The position numbers and the translations under genes were made by a program. Below are positions 1-10,945 of a DNA stretch of 64,000 nucleotides, piece by piece (positions within the stretch are counted from its first letter, which is position 1; each line of letters begins with the position of its first letter). The notes under the pieces were generated by a model. It saw nothing but the letters and a program-made list of their open reading frames with translations, had not been told where the DNA came from and did no database searches. This DNA is from Raillietiella orientalis (lineage: Eukaryota), in NCBI GenBank assembly GCA_036172245.1, contig JAYWIR010000054.1, positions 1 to 64,000 of the forward strand. Reading direction: 5' to 3'.

Positions 1-1605
1 CGACTTCCTGGGGGGTGCCTCCGAGGAGGAGGATCCGCTTCCAGCCCCCAGATCGCACTAACCTGCGGGGGCCTTCTTCGTCGGAGCCGACCTGCGTACG
101 CCCTTGCGCGACAGGGTTTCGCGCTCGGCGAGCGTTGCTGCGAGCTCCTCCGCCGCTTTCTCGAAGGCCGCGTCTTCGCCAGCGGCGACCGTTGCCGCGG
201 GCTGCTCCGCGACCTTATCGAGCGCGGAGTCATCGTTGACGGCGAACGTTGCCGCGGGCTCCTCCGCGACTTTATCGAGGGCGGCGTCCTGGCTATCGGC
301 GCGCGTGTCTCGCGTCTCACCCTCTAAACGTAGAATGGGCTCGTCCCCGCGAGTATTTATCGCGTCCGCATCAGCTGTTCCGCGAACATTGCCGCCGGCG
401 GGCTCGGCAGGAACGGCTAAGCGTTCGAGTGCCACCGAGCATTCGCGGAGCTGCTTTTTTTTTGAAAGCGGCGCCGCTTTTTTCTTGTTGCCGGCAGTTT
501 TCTTCTCCGACTTTTCTTCTGGCATTAATTTCTTTTTTTTTTCCTTTTTGGCCTGAACCAGCTGCCAACCCTCCTCCATTTCCGCGTACACGGGAGCTCT
601 TTTCTCCAACGTCTGTACGGGAGGAAGGGAGGCTGGCAGTTATGAACGGCCGTTTTCGCGAGCTGGTCTTTCTACCAGCTTTCCACGTTTTCCCTGCGCC
701 TTTTTTGCGGCAGGGGGCACCGGGGTGGGGCGCTTGGGGCACACGCGCCGAAAGTGACCCTTTTCGCCGCATAGGTGGCACACAATGTTCGGGCACCTTT
801 TTCGTAGATGCCCTACTGCATTGCAGTAGCCACAAAATTGGCGTTTCCCCACGTACCAGAGGTCAACCGCTTCTTGGCAGACCTCCAGCTTGTGAAGAAG
901 CGCACCACACTCTTTTACTGTGATACGCGCCGCAGCTTGACCTTCGAAAAGGCTATTGTAGCCTTGGAAAATCGTGGACTTCGGCCACAACGCGTGCACT
1001 TCTCCGTGCTTTTGTAGCTGTTCTCGAAATGATGACCTAGTCATTCGACTGGAGATCCCAGTGAGATGGACCACCACCGAGCGGTCCATCGTTATCGGCA
1101 AGATCTTCCAACCATCAACGATCAGCGGGTCGGTGATCAGGTGTCGGGCCAAGGTGATATCCTTGCATACCACCTAGACCCGCTGCCCGCCGCTGAGGAC
1201 GCAGAGGCTGTCCAGATCTTTGTCGAAAATATTGGCGTTCTGCAGCGCCTTCGTAAAGGCGCGTGCAGTTCGCCCATCGAAAAGGTTGCCTACCTTGTAG
1301 ACTAGCAAGGGTTTATATTCCGCTCTCTTGTAGGCTTCCATCTCGGCCATGGCTTCCACGCTAGGCGCGGCCACCATGGCGCTCCATGACCTCGACGTCG
1401 CCGGGGACGATTCCGGGGCGGAAGCCCCTGATCCAGTAGGCTGTGGGGACGAAGAAGCCTCCATCACGCCTACTTCCATCGCGGTGTCCTCTGGCAACGC
1501 TGCCATCGAACTCCGACGATGTGGACGCACAAATCACTCAAGAATCAAAAACACTCGCTTTGCCACGCAGGCGGAGCGAAGGAAAAACACGTTTGCTCTC
1601 CACAG
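1..1605 (-). mobile_element. L1-clade LINE family B2, copy 1 (5' UTR plus disrupted ORF1; runs off the window)
   Basis: Minus-strand ORF pieces 1174-1530, 640-1173 and 58-609 encode CCHC knuckles (CGYCNAVGHLRKRC, CHLCGEKGHFRRVC). Closely matches 26089-27700 in inverted orientation. 5' motif at ~1575-1600. Confidence 0.9.
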
Positions 1606-2447
1606 CGGGGATTCGGCCAAGGGGCTCGCTACGAACGCGCGTATTTGCACGCGCGTCGTCACGAGAGGAACCCCAATGTTTGTCGCCTGGCCGAATACCG
1701 CGCCGGAGCCGAGCGACAAGCCTGGCAATCCGGGTCAGCCAGCATGCTGGATGACATGGGCCGGGAACGTTCGACCCCGTCTGCGGTACGGAATCTCGTG
1801 CGGTGTTTTTATTCCTCCCTTTACGCCAAAACAACACCCGAACATGACGCCTCGCGGCGATTGCTCATGAGTGGTTCCGTGGCGATAGGGGAGGAGGAGA
1901 GAGAAAGCCTCGATGAGCCTTTCACGACCGGTGAAATTCTCGCCGGTATCAAAATGCTCAAGAAACGTGAGGCGTTAGGGGAGGACGCCTTGCCCGCGAA
2001 GTTCTTTCAGAGTTTCGCGAAAGAGCTGGCCCCCCTGGTGCTCCAGTTGACAAGGCGAATCTGAGACGAAGGCGATGTTCCCGCCTCGTTTCGGTCAGCC
2101 AGAGTGAGGCTCCTTCCGAAAGGAGGAGACCTCAGGAAACTTTGCAACTGGCGTTTGATCACGATTATGAACACGGACGGCATGTTGATCGCCGGGCTGT
2201 GGGCGTCGCCATTGAGGCGAGTGTCCAATTGCATAATTAGCCCGGAGAAGACTTACGCTGTTCCCGGATGAAGTATGGAGGACAACCTTTTCTTCGCGAG
2301 CACATGGATTCACGCGCAGCGAAGTAAGAAAGAAGAGAAAGCAAAAATTTGCAACCCTACTTTGAGTCCGCCAGTGGGACAGGGTGGAAACCCGCATGCG
2401 GGAAAGGGGGCCTTAGCGATCGCAGTCGACCTAAATAAGGCATTCGA
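1606..2447 (+). pseudogene. LINE ORF2 fragment (linker to RT KAFD), B/B2-type; host of two insertions
   Basis: Runs from GFGQGAR through EPFTTGEI and EDALPA to AIAVDLNKAFD, with stops. Homologous to 34835-35670. Confidence 0.88.
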
Positions 2448-4798
2448 TTTTCACTTGGATTTCCCCGGGGCGTTTATTGTAAAATAAACATTCATAAAGA
2501 CGCGCAGTGACTGGACCAGTGCTCCAGCCACGCATGAAGAAACACGGAGCCTTCCCGGTCACCGGTTCGCAGACCGGTACGGTCCATCTCGGCAGCAGGG
2601 GGATAAAGGACATATAAAAAAACTAAACAAAAAGAAAAGAAGAGGTGGGAGGGTAGGGGAAGGGATCACTTTTGCTGCTGGGGCCGCATCATCCTTCTCA
2701 GGATGCCGGCAAGCTCTCTCTGCATTTGCGGAACCAAGTGGGGCCATCGCGACGCCCTCCTCAGTAATTGGGAGGCGCACTGGATGGCACCCTTATCGCG
2801 GGGTCCTCCCGTAACCGTGCTCCAAGCGACGACGATCCGCGAAGGCAGCACAGGGTTGCTAACGAGGCCGCAGGCCGAAGGGCGTCGGCAACAAAGAGGG
2901 CTTTTAAGGCGTCCCTGGGGTTGCCGCAGGGGATTCCGATGGACGCGGCAAAGCGTAACCAAAGGAGCCGAAGGGCAACACAATACACAAGGAGGTGGGA
3001 TAGGGAGTCCTGTTCCCCACACCTGACGCAATTGGGGTCTACCGCTCCCCAGATCCAGTGGTGTCGGCGGGCGTTGCAGGGGAGTCCTCAGTGCTGCAAC
3101 AAGAGAGCTGACTCCTCCCATTCTAAGGGGAGGGTGATGGTTTTCATTAGTACCGGGGGCCACTTCAAACGTTCCATGGGAACGTCGAGCAGCGCGCCTC
3201 AGCGAACATGTCCATGGGGAGGCGTACACGGGGTGGAAGCGTTAGTTAGTTGACCCGTCTTCCACTCTCCTATCTTCTTCTCCTTCTCGGAGATTGTAAC
3301 TGTAACCTCCCACTTCGCCTCAACATCGCTGTCCAGATCTTCTATAAGGTAAAGCAGCGCAGCAGCGAGGGGGGTTCTTCCTGCCCACGCTCTCTTCTTT
3401 GGATCCTCCAGGATCTCGCGGTGCGTGCAACTTCTGTAATCCTTAAACAGGAACCTTCGTTCCTGTTGGGAGCGTTGCATGCCGAACAGTCCCCTCGTTC
3501 GAACGGTTTCCTGCAACCAGGCACTACCGTTCAAAGGGCGACAGGTGATCAATCCTGGGTTCTTCCGGTACAGCGCAGCCACCCTCCGTAGCTGGAGTCC
3601 GCATCGGTTGATGCGGCGACGGAGTGCAAGAAACGACGTCAGTCTCGTCTTTCCGGTGGCTTGCTGAAAAAGGAGACGTGCAGGGACGCACCAATAGGTG
3701 CACCACAACTCTGCAACAAGTGCCGACATTCGGAACTTGAGCTGAAGCTCCAGCAGCTCCAGCGTCAGGAGGCCCAGACCACCGTCCCGACAAGGAGCGC
3801 ACAAGTCGTTTAAGCAGACATGGGCTCTCTCGTTGCCACAAAGGGCGATACGGAGGAAGTCCTTTGTCCGCTTTTTAATCCTCTCTGTGGGGAGGGGAAA
3901 AACAACCAGGGGGCGGAAAAAAGGAGCCGCGAACGTGTTCCAAACCGCGGCCCGTTCAGGCAGGAAAAACCTGCCGCCTCGGAACGGTCCGATCGCCGTC
4001 TCTACTTTTTGGAGGCAGCAGGACCACGCTTCCGCAGGGGAGTAGTCCCCCAACGGCACACCAAGGTACTTGAAGTACCTTACCGTGGGATCCCCAAACG
4101 GACCTAGTCCTGCTGCCCTGCCCACGCCGCACCAACTGGCATCACGGACGACTTCGCCCTGTTCACCGTAAGTCCGGTTCCCCGATGCAGCAGGTCGAAG
4201 AACTCCTCGACCGCCGCAGCCGGGGTGGACATAGGAAGCAGCAGCAGAAGGTCCTCCGCGTACGCTGAAACGGCCGGCGTACCTGCACAGTCGTGCTGCA
4301 GGTGCGCCAGAGTTCCCCTGTACGCTCTCAGTACTAACTCAAAGTAGATACTGAAGAGCAAGGGGCTCAGGCTGTCTCCCTGCCGCATCCCACGCCGCAA
4401 CGGCACGCCGTGCACGGTCTGCCCCCTAAAAGAAACGTTGATGAGCGCGTCCCGCCAGCTGGACCGCAGATAGGCCACTAATGAGGCCGGAAAACCCAAG
4501 CGTTCCAGAAGCTCTAGAAGGAGATTCTGGTCGCCGCAATCGAATGCTTTCCGCAAGTCGATTGCGACCGCAAGGGCTCTCTCCCCCACCCGACCATCCG
4601 TCCCTATGCCGGCGCACGCACCGGAATTCTGGCCGCGCACCAAGCTCCTTTTTTGTTGGAGCTTTAGCCAGGTGGAAGCGTGGAACAGGTTCGCCTCCAT
4701 GCTTCGACCGGGAACAGCATATGTCTATTCCGGGCTGATGAAGATGTTGGCAACCCGTCCCAGACGCTCTGCCCAAACCTTAGCGAGCAACGTGGCGT
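2448..4798 (-). mobile_element. LINE family A, copy 2 (RT to 3' end, disrupted)
   Basis: DLRKAFD, GMRQGDSLSPLLF, YAED and YLGVP motifs. 3' UTR and terminal hairpin at 2448-2480. Inverted near-copy of 12390-14743. Confidence 0.92.
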
Positions 4799-4960
4799 GC
4801 GGACGTGTTTTTTCCGCGCTCCTCTGCGCCTGTTGTAAAGCGTTCTTTTTCGTTAGTGTTTGTGTGTGGAGCATTTGCGGTGTCCAATGGCAGAAATGCC
4901 TGAGGACACCGCGATGGAAGTCGCGGGGAAGAGGATTGTTTTTCTCCCCAACCTTTTGAG

Positions 4961-6895
4961 GTGAGGGCAACCGCCCATACGGAGGAGAGGGCAACCGCCC
5001 CCTTGAAAAAGGGGGCAACCGCCTCTTCGGAAACGAAGGCTACCGCCACCTTGAAAAAGGGAGCAACCGTGCTCGTGCAAAAGGCCGCAACCGCCCCCTT
5101 GAAAAAGGGGACAACCACCGCCTTGGAAAAGGGCGCAACCGCATCCTTAAAAAAGGAGGCAACCGCGTCTTTGGATCCTTTTTCGGCAACGACGAAGACC
5201 TATAGCTCCGTGGCTGCAGCGCCATCTCCTGCTGCCTTAGCAGAACAACGGGCCTACCTGAAACAAGGATACAAGCCGTCCTTGATTTACAAGGTAGGAA
5301 ACCTGTTTGTGGGGAACACCGCTCGTAAGTTTGAAAGAGAGTTACAGCGGTTGGATGTCAAAAAGGAAGACCTGGAAGGTCTCTCCGTGATGAGTGCGGG
5401 CCAGCGGGTTGAGCTGACTTGCAAAACTGCAAGTCTGGCACAACGCCTGCTGAACACTCCCATCACTCTGGAAGGCCGAAAGGTCTTCCCTGTAACGGAG
5501 GACCGCTCCATTGTTGCCCACCTTACCGGTGTTACTCTTCGCATGACCAAAGCTGGCGTGCAAGAAGAGTTGCAAAAACATGGTACGGTGCACGCGCTCT
5601 GGACCAAGCCCAACGTCTTCCAGACATACGGAAGACTGTTCAGTGGCATGGCTGCAGCGCGTGTGACCGTCCACGAAAACCGTGGGCTGCCCCACAAACT
5701 CGACGTCGGCAACGAGGTCGTCGACGTCTGGTACGTGGGCAAGCCCAAGTACTGTGGACACTGTGATGCAACAGGGCACCTGAAAACACGGTGCCCTCAC
5801 ATCCAGTGTTTTCACTGCGAAGAGAAGGGCCACCTCCGAAAAGTGTGCCCAAAGCGGGAACCTCCAGCGCCCTCTGCCTTGAAAAAAGGTAAGGGGAAAC
5901 GCTCGGAGAAAACAAGCAAGACCACTGAAGCAAAGGAAAGGCCAAGCAAAAAGCCAGAGTCCGAAAGCTCCCAGCAAACGGCGGTCGAGAAAACTCCCGA
6001 CGACGCTGGTGACAACGAGGACTGGCGGACAGCGAAGCCGAAAAGTAAAAAAAGCCGAAAAACCGAAGAATTCACAGCGGAACGCGCGACAACTTCTCTA
6101 AATAGAAGGCAACGCCGCGCTTTGCTCCGCGAATGTTCGGTTGCTTTGGAGCGAGTGCAGATCCCCGAGACCTCCACCGGGGGAGATATCTGCCGCCTCG
6201 TTGACGCCGGAGCCGCGATCGAGGAAGGCAAACCCTCTGTGCAAACAGAGGGGGAGCCGAGCGACGCGCTCGCCGTGAACGAGGACGCCGCCTTCCAGCA
6301 GGCGGCGGAAGAGCTCGCGGCAGAACTCGCGGAGAGCGAAAACGGCGCGCGAAAGGCCTTGCGAAGGCCGGCCTCGAGCAACGCACCTTTGACAGGTGAC
6401 TATGAACAGGATGCCGGAAGTGCGTCCTCCTCCACGGAGGCGCCTCCGAAGAAGACTGGACGGAAGTCCAAAAATCCAAAGAGGCGCATCCCGACAAAGA
6501 AGGAGGGGGACGCACCGGCAACCGAGGGGGAAGCCAGCAGCGTGGGAACGGAGGGAGGGATTTTCCCACCCTCCGCTACCGAGCAGCTGGCGACCCCCAT
6601 GGAGGAGGGGGATGAGGTGAGTGATTGCCGCCCCCTCCCAACGGTGGAGATAGCCATGGAGGAGGGGGAGCAGACAGCTGACCACCGCTCCCCCCTGCCG
6701 TCCAGCGCAGCCGAAGAATCGGCCCCCATGGAAGAGGGGGAGCAGGTGCGTGAAACCCGCCCCCTTCAACCGTTGCGGTCCGCCGAGGAATCGGCCCCCA
6801 TGGAGGAGGGACAACCGGTGCGCGGTGATCCCGTTCCTCCATCCGTCCCGCCCGACCAGGTGGCGGGAGCCCCATTGCCACTTTCCCAGGAGTAA
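4961..6895 (+). CDS. LINE ORF1 gag-like protein with two CCHC zinc knuckles (family B)
   Basis: 644-aa open frame with CGHCDATGHLKTRC and CFHCEEKGHLRKVC. The probable original ATG (MPEDTAME) at 4896 is out of frame with this ORF. Confidence 0.85.
   Translation: MRATAHTEERATAPLKKGATASSETKATATLKKGATVLVQKAATAPLKKGTTTALEKGATASLKKEATASLDPFSATTKTYSSVAAAPSPAALAEQRAYLKQGYKPSLIYKVGNLFVGNTARKFERELQRLDVKKEDLEGLSVMSAGQRVELTCKTASLAQRLLNTPITLEGRKVFPVTEDRSIVAHLTGVTLRMTKAGVQEELQKHGTVHALWTKPNVFQTYGRLFSGMAAARVTVHENRGLPHKLDVGNEVVDVWYVGKPKYCGHCDATGHLKTRCPHIQCFHCEEKGHLRKVCPKREPPAPSALKKGKGKRSEKTSKTTEAKERPSKKPESESSQQTAVEKTPDDAGDNEDWRTAKPKSKKSRKTEEFTAERATTSLNRRQRRALLRECSVALERVQIPETSTGGDICRLVDAGAAIEEGKPSVQTEGEPSDALAVNEDAAFQQAAEELAAELAESENGARKALRRPASSNAPLTGDYEQDAGSASSSTEAPPKKTGRKSKNPKRRIPTKKEGDAPATEGEASSVGTEGGIFPPSATEQLATPMEEGDEVSDCRPLPTVEIAMEEGEQTADHRSPLPSSAAEESAPMEEGEQVRETRPLQPLRSAEESAPMEEGQPVRGDPVPPSVPPDQVAGAPLPLSQE
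4967..5180 (+). repeat. 24-bp coding minisatellite (ATAPLKKG-like, ~9 units)
   Basis: gcaaccgcccccttgaaaaagggg-type units; peptide ATAHTEER ATAPLKKG ATASSETK ATATLKKG... Confidence 0.85.
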
Positions 6896-7083
6896 CACCT
6901 GGGCTCGCCTGTCGCCGTCGATTACGCGTGGCCTGCTGGAACGTGAACGGGCTGCGCGACGACGGCAACAGACGGGACACGGCCGCCACCCTGCGTGACT
7001 TCGACCTGGCACTCCTGCAGGAGATCCACGTGATCACCGCGGAGAACGCCCAGGAGATCGAAAGGATCGCAGGGGGACGATTG

Positions 7084-9175
7084 ATTGTCACCCGGGTGCG
7101 CCGGGGCGTTTATTATAAACTATCCGGGAACAGGGTTCCCGGACAAAGGGGAAAACAAGAGACGAAGGGGGTAGGATCCCCGACACGCAGGTCGGTGTGC
7201 CAAAAGTCCGGAACGGGAGGGAAGGGACCACAAACACACTACTATATAAAAAAATAAAAGAAAAATATGGAGGGCAGGGGACAGGGGTCTTTGGTAAATC
7301 CGTTCCTTCCTTTCAAAACCGGCGATGGATGCCGGCGATCTCTCTCCTTACGCCCTGTGTCAGATGGGCCCACTGGGCAGCCGACGACATGTTTGCGCTG
7401 GCTAATCCGGTGGGCTGACGAAGGATGGCCAGCTTCTCCAACTCTCGGTGGGCCTTGTCGATGGCGCGGGTGCAACACACGGTTGCAACGACAGCACCCA
7501 ATGACAGGCCGCCTGGCGTGAAGAAGCGGCGCATCAACTCCCTCGCGGTGTCCCCCTGATGCAGGAGAGCTGAGGCCAGCCTCCGCCAGAATCCTAGAAG
7601 GGCACCGCAGTCCAGGAGCAGGTGCGGGAGCGTTTCCACTTCCCCGCACCGCTTACAGTTTGGGGAGACGACTCCCCCGGAAACAAGGTTCGTGCGCTGG
7701 CTGGAGTGAAAACCCCAATGCACCAGCATCATCACATCCTGCTTCCACGAAAGGGGGAACACAGAAGTGTTCAGACACAAGGGAGGAACCACAAGTTCTT
7801 CAAGGGGCACACTCAAGTGTTCGCTCCACCGAAGGAGTCCCTTCGGAACGTGGCGAGGTGTGGCGGCGTCCGCCAGCTCGCAAGTCTTCCAGCCGCCAAT
7901 AGGTCGCGTTGTTCCTGCGATGGTGCAGGCGACCTCCCATCTCGCCGGTTCGCAACTGTCATCTCTTGCCCTGAGGGCTGACAGTGCGTCTTCGAGGGGG
8001 GTGACGGCCAGGCGGGTCCACTTCTCCTGGCTGTTGCACTCCTCATCCAACGTGCAGTACGGGGAGAGGTGAGCGCAACGGAGTTCCAGGAGGGAAACAT
8101 CCTGGTGCTTTGCCCAGCCATGCAACGGTTCCTGCCGCCAGGCTTGAAAGTTCGTTGGGCGGCAGGAGATCCATTCCTGGGCGTCCAGGAGCCGATACAG
8201 CGGTTTCAAGGGGAAACCGAAGCTTCTCGTGGCGCGCTCCGTGTGCGGCCGCAGCGACAGAAGTCCATCGCTGCCTGTGCAGCGCCGCAGAAGCAGGCGC
8301 GCGGGAGCGCACCACGGAGTGGACCAAAGGTTGGCGCACAGGGCCAACATCCGAAGCTGCACCTGCAGCTCGATTCTCTCCAGCGTCAGGATGCCTAAGC
8401 CAGCATCCCGACGCGGAGCCGCTAAGTCTTTGAGGCGGATCCTGGACCTCGCAGGTCCCCACAGAGCGTTCCTCAACAGGCTGTGCGCCTGGAGCTTGGC
8501 CGAGTAGGGGGGCGGGCAAACAAAAACCAGGGGGCGCAAGAGAGGGGCAACGAAGGTGTTCCAAATCGTGGCCCGCTCCGGCAGGACGAGCCTGCCATGG
8601 TGGAACGGGCTCAGGGCATTCAAAGCCTTCCGAAGGCAGTCCGACCACACTTCCATTGGGCTGATGTTCCCCAGCGGAACGCCCAGATATTGCACGGAGG
8701 AAGCGGTCGGGATCTCCAGGCGGATCCAGTCGGACTGCCCCTCCCACGCTGCACCAATAGGTAGCACCACGCTCTTGCTCCGGTTTAAGCTCATGCCCGC
8801 TCCCCGGCGAATCAGCTCGAAGAAGACCTCGAGAATGGACGCAGGGGTTGTCGTGGGTAAAAGGAGAAGGAGGTCGTCAGCATAGGCCGCCACGGACGGC
8901 GTTCCTGGACAAGAGCTCGGCAGGTTCGCCGGCGTCAGCCTGAAAGCCCTCAGCACCAACTCAAAGAAGATCCTGAAGAGCAACGGGCTTAAACTGTTGC
9001 CCTGCCTGATGCCCCGCCGCACCGGCACGCCGTACAAGTGGCATCCGCTTAAAGAAATGGGAATGCGCGCGTTGCGCCAGCAAGCGCGCAAATAGGACAC
9101 GAGGTGCATCGGGAGACCGAGGCGTTCCAGTAGCTCCAGCAGGAGATTCTGATTTACGCAGTCGAACGCCATGTG
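7084..9175 (-). mobile_element. LINE family D, 3' part (RT from AFD to 3' end)
   Basis: ORF 7313-9172 (619 aa) with GIRQGNSLSPLLF, YADD and CKRCGEVETLPHLLLDC. Terminal hairpin at 7084-7114. Confidence 0.93.
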
Positions 9176-9269
9176 CGCTCCAGGGCGGACGTGTTTTCTC
9201 GGTGCTCCTCGTGCCAGGAAGTCTCCCCCAGTGCAAGCGTCGTGTGGTTCGGTGGTCGATCAGGTAGCG

Positions 9270-10945
9270 ATGCCTGACGCGACCACCAGGGATAACCAGG
9301 GGGCAGCGGCAACGCCGCCCCCAGAGGCGATGGAGAGCCAGGGGGCGGCGGCAACGTCACCCCCAGAGGCGATGGAGGTGGGGGCGTCCGCCCCCACAGA
9401 ATCCGTCCCCGCTGCAGCGCGGGCGTGGAGCGCCGTTGTGTCGGCGCCATCGCCTGCAGCCGTGGCGGAATTGTCGGCCTATGTGGAAGAGGGGTACAAC
9501 CCCTCATTGTTCTACAAGGTAGGCAATTTATATCCTTTAGAGAGCGCGCGCGCCTTCTCGAAGGGCATGCGCGCTCTCGATGTGAAAGAGGAGGAGCTTA
9601 GTGCTATGACCATCCGCAGCGGGAGTCAGTACGTTGAGGTCATCTGCAAACATGCAGAGCTGGCCCAACGACGGCTTAAAACCCCCGTTGTGATGGGGAC
9701 GCGAAGGCTCCTCCCCACTACGGCGGACCGCAGCATGGTGGTCCACCTGTTAGGCGTGACCGCGCGAATGCGCAAAGAACAGGTTCGCGCCGCTTTGGAA
9801 CAGTTTGGAACGGTCCACGCGCAGTGGGCGAAAGTTAGTTCTTTCGAGGACTACACGGGGCTGCAACACGGCCTCACTGCTGCGCGCGCGACCGTTCGGG
9901 AGGGCTGCATTCTTCCCCACAAACTGGTGGTCGAAGGCGAAACCGTCGACCTCTGGTATGTGGGGAAGCCGAAATACTGTGGCTTCTGCAATACGTCGGG
10001 CCACCTCAAAAAGAGGTGTCCCAATGTGCAGTGCCAAGTATGCGGCACAATGGGCCACACGAGGGAGGTGTGCTCAAAAGCAGCAGTGCGGGTGGTTTCC
10101 AAGAGAAACCTTAAAAAACGCGCCCGGCTTCTGCAGAAAAGGCTGGCGGCGAAAGCTGCCGCGAAGGCTGTGCCACCCGCGCCCAAGAACCAGGCCGCAC
10201 CCGAGGCCCCGGCGACCAACGTCGAAAAAGTTGAGGGAGCCGGCCAGGAGACTGGGTGGCAAGTGGCAACGGCCAAAAAACCAAAGAAGGAGAGGAGGAT
10301 GGAGAAGAAAATCGCCTACCAACAGAAGAAGAAAGAGCAGGGTAGCGCGATAATTAAAGAGTGCAGCGTCGTTGTCGAACGCGTTCTCGATGTTGCCGAA
10401 CGCTGCCGGAAAAACTCGCCGCTACCGACGACCTCCCCTCTGTTGAAACAGTCAACAGCGAGGGGAGCGAGCCGGCGGCGGCGTCCGTCATCGACACCAC
10501 CATCGATGACGTAGCCTTCGCGCGAGCCGCGGAGGAGCTGGCAGCTTCGTTGCAGCCAGAACCCTCCAAGGCTGGCAAGAAGGCCGTAAGGCGTCCGGCC
10601 TCCCCTCAGGAGTCCCCCACTTCCGACACCGGGGTGGAGGCTGGAAGCGCAGCCTCCGTTTCCACGGCACTGCGCAAGAAGGCTGGACGTAAGTCCACAA
10701 AGCCAAGGAAGCTCGTCTCCCCCGTTGAAGGGGAAGAGATGGCTTCCGCAAGCGAGGGTGCCATCAGCGTGGGAAACTCTCGGGACCCGTCGCCCGAGAG
10801 ACTCCCACGCGCGGACACGGAGGGGATGGAGGGGGTGGAGGCCGAACAGGTGCCTTAGGTGCCTGAGAAGGCCGAAACCCCCATGGACATCCCGCCCGCC
10901 TTGCAAGAGGAGGGCTTTCCCACACCTTAATCTTCCCAGCAGTAA
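9270..10945 (+). pseudogene. ORF1 of A-1 (frameshift near 10400, premature stop)
   Basis: CGFCNTSGHLKKRC and CQVCGTMGHTREVC. Continues in ORF 10361-10858 and ends in a TAATG overlap with ORF2. Confidence 0.85.

Larger units (their letters stand above)
4799..7083 (+). mobile_element. LINE family B (5' end, ORF1, start of ORF2 endonuclease)
   Basis: 5' motif gcggacgtgtttttt...gctc at 4799. ORF1 follows, then ACWNVNGL...LLQE..GGRL, where it is cut by a D 3' end. Confidence 0.9.

Noticed and set aside
4967..5180. CRISPR-like periodic repeat
   Set aside because: It is an in-frame 24-bp coding minisatellite without unique spacers or cas genes.
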